A stretch of DNA of 63,946 nucleotides, filler included, from Octopus bimaculoides (GCF_001194135.2; 7 parts of 6 records of this genome joined end to end with filler, not necessarily neighbours in it), one strand, 5' to 3'; shown: positions 27,371-36,577, counted from the first letter of the whole stretch. Translations and numbers: made by a program. Notes: a model not told the origin generated them from the sequence alone.

Positions 27371-27486
27371 AATCACATTTCGATACTGTAATGACAGATA
27401 CTTTCAGAGAGAGAGAAAAAGAGAGAAAGAGAGAAAGAGAGAGAGAGAGAGAGAGATGTATATGTATACATATCGATGTATATGTA

Positions 27487-27586
27487 NNNNNNNNNNNNNN
27501 NNNNNNNNNNNNNNNNNNNNNNNNNNNNNNTTAATTAATTAANNNNNNNNNNNNNNNNNNNNNNNNNNNNNNNNNNNNNNNNNNNN
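27487..27586. other. Assembly spacer (N44-TTAATTAATTAA-N44)
   Basis: Fixed 100-bp spacer. Confidence 0.95.
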
Positions 27587-27587
27587 A

Positions 27588-27770
27588 GCACTCTGGATGA
27601 AATGCTACGTTCTGAGTTCAAATTCCATCAAAGTTGACTTTTCCTTTCATCCTTTTGGGGTTGATAAATTAAGTACCAGTAAAACACTGGGATTGATGTA
27701 ATCGACTAGTCCCCCCCACTATATTTCAGGCCTTGTGCCTTTACTAGAAAGGATTATTATTATTATTGTA
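27588..27770 (+). mobile_element. tRNA-derived SINE, family B
   Basis: ctacgttctgagttcaaattcc...gataaattaagtaccag...gatgtaatcgactagtcc...tttcaggccttgtgcc...gaaaggattatt. Confidence 0.8.
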
Positions 27771-28520
27771 ACTTACTTTTAATCTGCATGTTTGTTACAA
27801 TCACTTGCCGAGACACACCCAGCATCCTAGGGTGAGTGAAAAATAAGAGATGTTACAATAAGACTGAAAGCTTGGGGAGGGGAAGCGGCAGGGGTAGTAG
27901 CAAAATGTCTTCATGCAATACAACACAGACATTTAAAATGATAGGGTTTTTCTAAGGATGTGGCCAGTACTTGTCAGCACAATCTTTTGAATTTCTCTGA
28001 GACATAGTTCTCCTGGGATTTTATCTAGATGTTTCTGACATCCCTTTTATTTTTATCATACCTAGAGCGTCTATTATACAATAACAGGAACAGTTCTTGT
28101 TTTAAGATGCTGCATGTCTTGTATTTCAATTTCCAGGTCCTTATATTTACTTAATTTGTCAAATTCCTTTACAGATATATTTTTATCAGTGGGAAAACTT
28201 ACATCTATTAATCTACAAGTATTTTCTTCCCTGTTTTCAATAATTATGTCTGGTCGAATAGCCGGGATCGTTCTGTCGGTGTTGACAGAAAAATCCCAGA
28301 GGATAGTGACATTTTTACCTTCAACAACTGGCTCAGGATGATGTTGATAACAATAAGCAGGAGTGCTGATTTTGTAGTGTTTACATATTTTCCAATGTGG
28401 TAGGGCCGTCAGCCAAGACCTGTTTTAGGGCATCTGTGACTAGTGAGGAAGTTGTCCTCTGATTGGGTTCTGGGTCTGAATACTTGTAACAGAGTCTGTT
28501 CAAGGGCCAGGTGGGGAAAA
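27745..28520 (-). mobile_element. Dong/R4 retrotransposon 3' fragment (RLE domain)
   Basis: Minus strand: VVEGKNVTILWDFSVNTDRTIPAIRPDIIIENREENTCRLIDVSFPTDKNISVKEFDKLSKYKDLEIEIQDMQHLKTRTVPV..ALGMIK...EIQKIVLTSTGHILRKTL*. The 3' UTR ends in (TAA)n. Confidence 0.88.
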
Positions 28521-28974
28521 CTAGAGGACAGACTATATCAAGTTAGGAATCAATAGGAATGCTGTTATTTTTGTAATTATTGTTGTTATGGTTGTAGTGG
28601 TTGCCGCAGCTGCTGTTGTTTAATTGCTAATCAGCCCCATTTAATTAATCCTATGATCAAAGCATTTTGGCCATGACTCCAAAATTGTATGTAGATGTTA
28701 TATTTTCATGAGGTATGCATAAGAGTTGAAAAATACTGGAAAATAGTTTTGGCAGAATAATTACATATCAAAACAGAAGACTGGAAAAAAATTTTGGCAT
28801 TAATTATCCCCGATTACACTTGTTTCATTTTGTATTATTTTAATTATGAATTTCTTATAGGAGATGTCTTGCATGTTTTTTCTACATGAATATCTTTGTA
28901 ACTCCTATTAGGAAATGAAACATGTGTAATGGGGAATAAATAATACCAAACTATTTCTCCAATCTTCTGTTTTG

Positions 28975-29148
28975 ATATGTATATGTGTGTGTGTGTGTGT
29001 GTGTGTGCGTATAGAATTGTGTGTGCATGTGTGTGGATGGGTGTGTGTATATGAGTGCATGCATGTATGTGTGTGTATGTGTGTGTATGTGTGTGTGTGT
29101 GTGTGTGTGCATATAGGTGTGTGTGTGTATGCTTGCATGTGTGTTTGT
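28975..29148. repeat. Degenerate (TG)n microsatellite upstream of the first visible MMP exon
   Basis: Direct reading. Confidence 0.85.
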
Positions 29149-29189
29149 GGAGAAATTATATATTTTTAATTCTCTTCTTACTTTTTCAG

Positions 29190-29421
29190 GTTTGGAGCAA
29201 TATAACATTTCTACAGTTTACGTGGAAGCCAAGGGATATTGTAGACATCAACATCCGGTTCCTGTCTGGTAACCATGGTGATGGGATGCCATTTGATGGG
29301 CCAGATGGAATCACAGCTCATGCTTTCTTCCCAAACAGCAACAACGATGACTTTGATGGAGACATTCATTTTGATGCTGATGAAAACTGGGTGCTGAGTA
29401 ATAAAGCTGACCAAAAATCAG
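29190..29421 (+). CDS. Matrix metalloproteinase (M10A) exon: N-terminal/central catalytic domain with structural Zn and Ca sites
   Basis: Acceptor ctttttcag|GTT, donor TCAG|gtattt. Translates VWSNITFLQF...NHGDGMPFDGPDGITAHAFFP...DGDIHFDADENW, matching the MMP HGD..PFDG...AHAF.P...GD.HFD.DE.W signature. Phase 0 in, phase 1 out. Confidence 0.95.
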
Positions 29422-29491
29422 GTATTTGGGTAGATTCAGTCAATTCCATCCCTTCCTCATGGTGCCAAAGTTAAAAACCATTATTGTAAAG

Positions 29492-29680
29492 GCAGGTGTG
29501 GTTGTGTGGTTAAGAAATTTGCTCCCTAACTACATGGTTACAGGTTCAGCCCCAATGTGTGACCCCGTGGGCAAGTATCTTCTACTATAGCCTTGCGCCA
29601 ACCAAAGCCTTGTGAGTGGAGTTTGAGAATGGAAACTGAAAGAAGCCCATCATGTATATATGCCTGTATGTGTGTTTGTG
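29492..29680 (+). mobile_element. SINE family A, 5' part (intronic)
   Basis: gcaggtgtggttgtgtggttaagaa...ggttcagccc...ttctactatagcc...caaagccttgtgagtgga...ggaaactgaaagaagccc. Confidence 0.75.
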
Positions 29681-30079
29681 TGTGACTGAAAGAGAGAGTA
29701 GTGTAAGGCTGCAAGAATGGCAAGGAGAAAAATGCATAATGCATGAAGAAAAGATGCAGTTTGGTTCATTGGGATGGTGTGTGTGAATTAATGGAATACA
29801 AGGCACTTCTAGTACTCAGTTTTACTGAGGTGGGTGGGTCTCCCCATGGACCTCATTTTGCCAGACATCTCAGTCCATTGTCGTCTCCTCTGTGAGGTCC
29901 AACGTCTGATTGTACCTCACTACTCTATCCCATGTCTTCCTGAGCCTCCCTCTTCCACTTTAAGTGATCAGCACTTCTTTATACAGCTGGACCAACTGCT
30001 AGAATAGAGTAGACTGTAGGAAGACACCTATCAAGGTGGCTTAAAGATCAACTCCAAGGAAACCAGTGGATAAGGAGGG

Positions 30080-30640
30080 ACACACATTCTTGTGAAGCAA
30101 GAATCCATTAAAGAAGTCACCAATTTCACCTACTTGGGCAGTGTTATCATTACAGAAGTGGGTATAGGGTAGATGTCAACTCTAGAATTGGGCATGCAAC
30201 AGCAGTGTTCAGAGGAATAATCAAGATTTGGGCCAGCACTTTGATTAGGAACTGTATGAAGATCCTGCTGTACCAGAGCATTGTCTTGCCAACAACAATC
30301 TATGCAAGAGAAACTTTTGAAATGACTACCAAGATTATTCAGAGGATGAATGTCTACATGGAATACTCAAGATCACTCACCGAGACAAAATCACAATCTC
30401 TGAAGTCTTGAGAAGTGCAAATCTGTGCAGCCTGCAGGAGATTGAGGTCAAAAGAAGAGCGAGACTTGCAGTTTCTGTTTTCTGACTGCCAGAAGGATGA
30501 ATACCCAAGACAGCTATCTATACAACCACCAGAGGGACAAAGTAAAAGAGAGAAACCCAAAAAGACATGCTATGTATGGTATACAACTTTCAAATAAGAT
30601 CTAAAGCAACTTAACATGACCTGGGAAGCTCAAGCTGCGA
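30080..30640 (+). mobile_element. RTE-like LINE RT C-terminal fragment (intronic)
   Basis: VKQESIKEVTNFTYLGSVI...VNSRIGHATAVFRGIIKIWAS...KILLYQSIVLPTTIYARETFEMT. Confidence 0.8.
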
Positions 30641-30870
30641 TTATTAGAGATGTCAGTCAGAAGACACAGGTCAACCAGAACATGATGTTATTGGTGAATT
30701 GCATAGTCACTGTTGACTGTGACAAAAAGAATCCCAAAGTTTTGTGCAATCTTACACTGGCTAAGACCACCCACAGATTGACCCACAATACACCCTCTTT
30801 GAAAATCAGACAACTCTTTTGCTTCTGGTGCTCATGGCATGGCTAGTTGCTATAAACATTTAATATAATG

Positions 30871-31410
30871 AGAGGTAATATTTATACCCCCTTAAATTCA
30901 GATGTTCTTTTAGAACAAACTATACTGTGGTAGATACTATGAGAGAAACTCTCATATTGGCCTTTTGATGCAAAACACACTCTTGTTTATGTTGCTAGTG
31001 GAGTGATCTGGATCCACCAAGACCAGTGCTGAGATATCAGATCACATGATTTCGATTTTCGTTAGTCTAATCAATGAGGATGTTTGACTGCTAGAGATAG
31101 CAGCGACTCACCTCCCTGACAGTGATATATAGAATAACAGTGCCAGAACAAGTGCTGGTGTCGTTATTAGCCAGTGAGCTTGTTAAAAAGTATACTAGCA
31201 ACATGGGCAGTATTAATACCAAGAGGTAATATTTATCCCCACTTAAATGTGGATGTTCTGTTAGAACAAACTATTCTGTGATAGATGCCATGAGAGAAGC
31301 TCTCATATTGGCTTTTGGTGAATAATGCACTCTTGTTTATATCACTAGCAGACAGATAAATCCATGCCATCTCCAGTGCCAAGACCATCAGATCATGTGA
31401 TTTTGAATTT
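30871..31410. repeat. Diverged direct duplication, about 190-bp unit, period 351 bp
   Basis: agaggtaatatttat...ttagaacaaactat...gagagaa.ctctcatattggc...cactcttgtttat...atcagatca at 30871 and at 31222. Confidence 0.8.
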
Positions 31411-31516
31411 CCTTGGTCTTGTCAATATGTAATAAGAAATGGACAATAATAACATATTAACAAATTTGAAGCACCGGATAGTGTCTGCACAGATAAAACA
31501 GTGTAAAGAGAAGATT

Positions 31517-31535
31517 CTATTTATTTTTGAGATGG

Positions 31536-31612
<77 letters not shown>
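31517..31612. repeat. (TG)n microsatellite
   Basis: Direct reading. Confidence 0.95.
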
Positions 31613-31615
<3 letters not shown>

Positions 31616-31734
31616 CTTCTTGTCCTGACATTGCATGATATTTGTAAATGAATGTCACTGTCATAGAAGTGATGTTTTTCATTTCCATTCTTCTGTGAAA
31701 ACACGTCTGATCATGGGGAAATGGAAATGAGTGA

Positions 31735-31860
31735 GGATTAGTAGACAGGAAAAGCATCAGGCTGTAGAAAAATCTGCCTGAAACACATTCTGGTGTACCC
31801 ATGCAAGCATGAAAAAGTGGATGTGAAAATAAGGAGGAGGAGGAGGAGGAGGAGGAGAAT
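31735..31860 (+). mobile_element. SINE fragment with Meta/MESC-like core (degenerate)
   Basis: aggaaaagcatcaggctgtagaaaaatctgcc...acccatgcaagcatgaaaaagtggatgt matches the reverse complement of 42147-42327. Confidence 0.5.
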
Positions 31861-31870
31861 ACATTTAAGT

Positions 31871-31942
31871 GGTTTCGTGGAGTAGTGGTCATCATATCTG
31901 CTTTACATGCAGAAGTCTACAAGTTTGAACCTTGCCAGAACC
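31871..31942 (+). tRNA. tRNA-Val(TAC)-like gene or pseudogene (intronic)
   Basis: GGTTTCG...GAGTAGTGGTCATCATATCTGC-TTTACAT-GCAGAAGTCTACAAG-TTTGAAC-CTTG..CAGAACC. The anticodon arm is perfect (TAC at 31904-31906). The T-loop reads TTT instead of TTC and the acceptor stem has a mismatch. A T-run follows. Confidence 0.6.
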
Positions 31943-32009
31943 TACTTTATTTTTGAGGGTTGCAGGTTGAAGTCCCTCTGCAGGCGTATATTTGTTTTAT
32001 TTTAAAGAT

Positions 32010-32181
32010 GCAGGCGTGGCTGTGTGGTAAGAAGCTTGCTGTCTAACCACATGGCTTAGGGTTCAGTCCCACTGTGTGGTACCTTGGGCAACTGTCTTCT
32101 ACTATAACCTTGGGCTGACCAAATCCTTGTGAGAGGATTTAGTAGATGGAAACTGAAAGAAGCCATCGTATGTGTGTGTGC

Positions 32182-32237
<56 letters not shown>

Positions 32238-32445
32238 CAATGTGTGTGAGTTTTTGTGTTTGTCCTCCTGCCACCACTTGACAACCAGTGTCTGTGTGTT
32301 TACACCCCTGTAACTTAGAAGTTCAGCAAAAGAGACTGACAGAATAAGTATCAGGCTTTGAAAAATAAGTACTGGGGTCAATACATTCGCCTAAAAGTTC
32401 TTCAAAGTGGTGCCCCAGCATGGTCACAAGTAAAAGATAAAAGAA
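32010..32445 (+). mobile_element. tRNA-derived SINE, family A (full length, intronic)
   Basis: gcaggcgtggctgtgtggtaagaagcttgct...gggttcagtcccactg...gtaacttagaagttcagcaaaagagac...ccccagcatggtcacaagtaaaagataaaag. Confidence 0.85.
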
Positions 32446-32608
32446 GATTACAAAATGAAAGTGAATGTGGTTTATTATATGTCTATCTTTTAAGTAGATG
32501 TCATGACATTTTCATGATGTAATTGTCTCAACTCACCAAACAACAAAAGGTTCAACTAAAAATATTGCTAATTGTTATATTGATTAATTAACCTGTTTGT
32601 TTTAAAAG

Positions 32609-32767
32609 GTCAGATCAGTCTACTGTGTCAAGCAATCCACCAAATTGGTCACTCATTAGGATTATTCCACTCTGAGAGCACTTCAGCACAAATGTGGCCA
32701 TACATCATGGAATGTAATGGCACTTCAGTGCATGCTGATGACATTCAAGCATTACAGTCACTCTACA
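32609..32767 (+). CDS. MMP exon carrying the catalytic-zinc motif (HQIGHSLGLFH, Glu to Gln) and Met-turn
   Basis: Acceptor tttaaaag|GT, donor TACA|gtaagt; in phase with the previous exon (G+GT=Gly). Translates GQISLLCQAIHQIGHSLGLFHSESTSAQMWPYIMECNGTSVHADDIQALQSLY. Not in the ORF track because it is short. Confidence 0.93.
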
Positions 32768-32808
32768 GTAAGTATAGCATCTGCATCCTCTACCCCTTCT
32801 ACAACAGC

Positions 32809-33327
32809 CTCTGCTGTGTTGGACATAAGTTATAACAGCCTATCTCGTTGGTGTTAAATATCTGATGACTTGTTTCATGAAGATAAAATTTTATGAGAAA
32901 CATTTCCCTTTAAACTTCATTTGAGGAGGAATGGAAAACACTCTGTAGTGTATTTATTGGTAACAATAATCTGATAAGCGATAGATACAGAGTTTAAGTC
33001 CCATTAGAAGAACTGCTGCTTTTTTCTGTTTCAATTTGGTGTTTTTAAAATTCTAATAATATTTGCAATAAACTCTCTGCTATGTTGGACATGAGTAATA
33101 ACATCCTGTCTTGTTGGTGTTAAATAGCTGATGACTTGTTTCATGGAGATAAAATTTTATCAGAAACGTTTCCATAAAAATTAATTTGAGAAGAAGTGAA
33201 AAACACTCTCTAGTGGCAATAATTATATTTGATAAACAATAGATACAGGGTTTATGTCCCCTTAGAAGACCTGCTGCATTTTTTGTTCCAATTTGGTGTT
33301 AAACTTTTTATAATGTTTACAATAAAT
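32809..33327. repeat. Tandem duplication (period 266 bp) filling most of the MMP intron
   Basis: ctctgct.tgttggacat...gttggtgttaaata.ctgatgacttgtttcatg.agataaaattttat...aaaacactct.tagtg...tagaaga.ctgctgc...aatttggtgtt...caataaa occurs at 32809 and at 33075. Confidence 0.9.
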
Positions 33328-33377
33328 GCTGCAAAGCTAATTCATAATTTTGAATATGTTATATTTTTAATCAACAG

Positions 33378-33734
33378 GTCCATCTGAGGGCATCCAAACT
33401 GCAGTTTCTAGTAATATGTCAACCAGCAAGGATGAGAACTTTGAAGACGATCATTCAGGGTCACAGGGTTCAAGTTCTACGACAGTCAGCAGCTCCCACT
33501 TGACCAGCCCATCAATGTCAGCTGGAGATAGATTCTGGTGGACACACAGCCAAGACACACAGACAGAACGACAAACCTATCCATATTGGTACCGTTTCTC
33601 CAGACTGGGGCCATCAACAACCTCACCATCGGCCTTACTGACATCAGCTCAAACTACAGTTAGGCCAAAGTACTGTGATGGCAGATTGGATGCTATCACT
33701 GTTGCAACAGATCACCTGACCTATGGATTTAGAG
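33378..33734 (+). CDS. MMP exon: Ser/Thr-rich linker and start of hemopexin repeat 1
   Basis: Acceptor tcaacag|GT; in phase with the previous exon (A+GT=Ser) and with ORF 33416. Ends ...PKYCDGRLDAITVATDHLTYGFR(G)|gttgga, matching the hemopexin C-x3-DA...Y/F-FKG start at a phase-1 intron position typical of MMPs. Confidence 0.88.
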
Positions 33735-34367
33735 GTTGGATTTAAAAAAAAATTTCTTTTTCTTTTTTAAAAGATGGATTAGTGGTTTTGTGGCTGAGTG
33801 TAACATTAGAGTGATGAGTTCAAATCATAGTCATGATTCAGAACATTCCTATGCTTTAATTTTTTATTGTTGTTTTTAAGAATGGTTGTCATAATGTTAA
33901 GGTTATAAGATAAGGTCAGGGGTTACATGAGAGAGGGAGGTCATGGAGTATTATCATGACAAGAGTTCATAAAGAGAAGAGGTCATAGAATGAGGTTATA
34001 CAGCAGTATCAGAGAGCAGTCAAAAAGGGAATAGGTCAAAGAAAAAGATCATTAAGTAAAGACTATGGGATTAGATAAAGACTGATAGATCAGAGATCAT
34101 AGTGTAACAGTCTCCACCATTATCCAATCTACTTCTGTATGTCTATAGATTCTGGTGGTAACCACAGCAAGGTAAATGTGTAGGTTGCTTTTGAGTGCAA
34201 CTGGTAACATGTAACCTAATAAAACCTATTGCATTGTCAAGTCATTGGGGAGTAAACTAGCAACACCAATAAGGTTGTTTGGTGAGCAAGGTAGATTTTG
34301 GACACCCTGTGGGATGAAAAACAGACCTGTGGCTGAACTCAGGAAAGTTAACAGCTGTCCAACTGCA

Positions 34368-34391
<24 letters not shown>

Positions 34392-34414
<23 letters not shown>

Positions 34415-34591
34415 AACATGGGCTGTGACTGCTGAGGACATGCGTAAGCTCGCAAGGAATGAAGCCAGTATGCTCCGCTGGATGTGTAATGTAAATGTGC
34501 ATACCCGTCAGAGTGTAAGTATCTTGAGAGAAAAGCTGAACATAAGAAGCGTCAGTAGTGGTGTGCAAGAGAGACGATTGCGCTGGTTTGG
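34392..34591 (+). mobile_element. RTE LINE ORF 3' fragment
   Basis: SETWAVTAEDMRKLARNEASMLRWMCNV...LREKLNIRSVSSGVQERRLRWFG; runs into a gap. Confidence 0.85.
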
Positions 34592-35612
34592 NNNNNNNNN
34601 NNNNNNNNNNNNNNNNNNNNNNNNNNNNNNNNNNNNNNNNNNNNNNNNNNNNNNNNNNNNNNNNNNNNNNNNNNNNNNNNNNNNNNNNNNNNNNNNNNNN
34701 NNNNNNNNNNNNNNNNNNNNNNNNNNNNNNNNNNNNNNNNNNNNNNNNNNNNNNNNNNNNNNNNNNNNNNNNNNNNNNNNNNNNNNNNNNNNNNNNNNNN
34801 NNNNNNNNNNNNNNNNNNNNNNNNNNNNNNNNNNNNNNNNNNNNNNNNNNNNNNNNNNNNNNNNNNNNNNNNNNNNNNNNNNNNNNNNNNNNNNNNNNNN
34901 NNNNNNNNNNNNNNNNNNNNNNNNNNNNNNNNNNNNNNNNNNNNNNNNNNNNNNNNNNNNNNNNNNNNNNNNNNNNNNNNNNNNNNNNNNNNNNNNNNNN
35001 NNNNNNNNNNNNNNNNNNNNNNNNNNNNNNNNNNNNNNNNNNNNNNNNNNNNNNNNNNNNNNNNNNNNNNNNNNNNNNNNNNNNNNNNNNNNNNNNNNNN
35101 NNNNNNNNNNNNNNNNNNNNNNNNNNNNNNNNNNNNNNNNNNNNNNNNNNNNNNNNNNNNNNNNNNNNNNNNNNNNNNNNNNNNNNNNNNNNNNNNNNNN
35201 NNNNNNNNNNNNNNNNNNNNNNNNNNNNNNNNNNNNNNNNNNNNNNNNNNNNNNNNNNNNNNNNNNNNNNNNNNNNNNNNNNNNNNNNNNNNNNNNNNNN
35301 NNNNNNNNNNNNNNNNNNNNNNNNNNNNNNNNNNNNNNNNNNNNNNNNNNNNNNNNNNNNNNNNNNNNNNNNNNNNNNNNNNNNNNNNNNNNNNNNNNNN
35401 NNNNNNNNNNNNNNNNNNNNNNNNNNNNNNNNNNNNNNNNNNNNNNNNNNNNNNNNNNNNNNNNNNNNNNNNNNNNNNNNNNGATACCAAGCTGAAGTGA
35501 TGCATTTTGAGAAGATATGAATAATAACAATAAATGGAGCAAAACGCATATAAATGTAACATCTTAGCTCATAAGTTACCTCATCATTTCGCATTTGTCT
35601 TGCTTTTATATG

Positions 35613-35705
35613 TTGATTCCCTGAAGATGAATATATGTGGAATTCCAGCAGCTCTTACTTCTTTGGAGGAGAGCACACATATTTTGAAACATGTGTAGGA
35701 ATTAA
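35613..35705 (+). ncRNA. Type I hammerhead ribozyme-like motif (Penelope-type)
   Basis: Stem I TTGATTCC/GGAATTAA; core CTGAAGA at 35621-35627; stem II aatat.tgtg/caca.atatt; GAAAC at 35686-35690; short stem III ACA/TGT; GUA cleavage triplet ending at 35697. Confidence 0.65.
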
Positions 35706-35834
35706 AGGAACTTTTATTTATATGCGTTTTGCTCCATTTATTGTTATTACACCTTCATTGCTTCAATAATATTGGTTTCAAAGTCTAACAGTTTTTTCAC
35801 TCTTATTATCTTTTATATATATATATATATATTC

Positions 35835-36185
35835 ATGAGTACAGCAATGAATTCCAGGTAGAGGTAGGGGTCCACCAAGGTTCCGTCCTCAGCCCCCTCT
35901 TATTTATCATAGTCCTCCAAGCAATCACAGAGGAGTTCAAGACAGGTTGCCCCTGGGAGCTCCTCTATGCTGATGACCTTGCCCTAATTGCGGAGTCACT
36001 ATCAGAACTAGAGGAGAAGTTTCAGGTGTGGAAGCAAGGTCTAGAATTGAAGGGCCTTAGAGTCAACCTAGCTAAAACCAAAATCCTAATAAGTAGGAAG
36101 GTAGATAAAACACAAACCCCTTCAGGTAGATGGCACTGCTCAGTATGTAGAAAAGGAGTAGGTAGTAACTCTATAAGATGTACCC
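35835..36185 (+). mobile_element. RTE LINE reverse transcriptase fragment
   Basis: VGVHQGSVLSPLLFIIVLQAITEEFKTGCPWELLYADDLALIAES...KGLRVNLAKTK...CSVCRKGVGSNSIRCT. Confidence 0.92.
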
Positions 36186-36285
36186 NNNNNNNNNNNNNNN
36201 NNNNNNNNNNNNNNNNNNNNNNNNNNNNNTTAATTAATTAANNNNNNNNNNNNNNNNNNNNNNNNNNNNNNNNNNNNNNNNNNNN
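36186..36285. other. Assembly spacer (N44-TTAATTAATTAA-N44)
   Basis: Fixed 100-bp spacer. Confidence 0.95.
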
Positions 36286-36514
36286 GTTAGTGGAATAGTT
36301 TCATTTTTAAAGTGAAAGTATTTGACATGAGTGTTTTTGTTTCACTTTTGACACGTAATACTTAAATAGTGGAGGAGATATTATGTTGCCGTGGGCTCGA
36401 ACTCTGCAAGAAGTTAAAATTTTTTTTGACTAAAACACAACTGGAACCCTAAGTAAGGCATCTGTAAAATTTGAATGAAATTGGTTGCATAGTTCTCGAG
36501 TTTTAGGGATTCAC

Positions 36515-36577
<63 letters not shown>

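Noticed and set aside
32641-32643. RNA editing as a way to restore the catalytic Glu
   Set aside because: A-to-I editing of CAA gives CGA, CAG or CGG (Arg or Gln), never a Glu codon.
32860-32980. CTGATGA...CTGA as a C/D snoRNA, or CTGATGA...GAAAC as a hammerhead, in the intronic duplication
   Set aside because: The C box lacks the purine and a terminal stem, and the second copy lacks the D box. Stem II does not start next to the core and no stem I or III forms.
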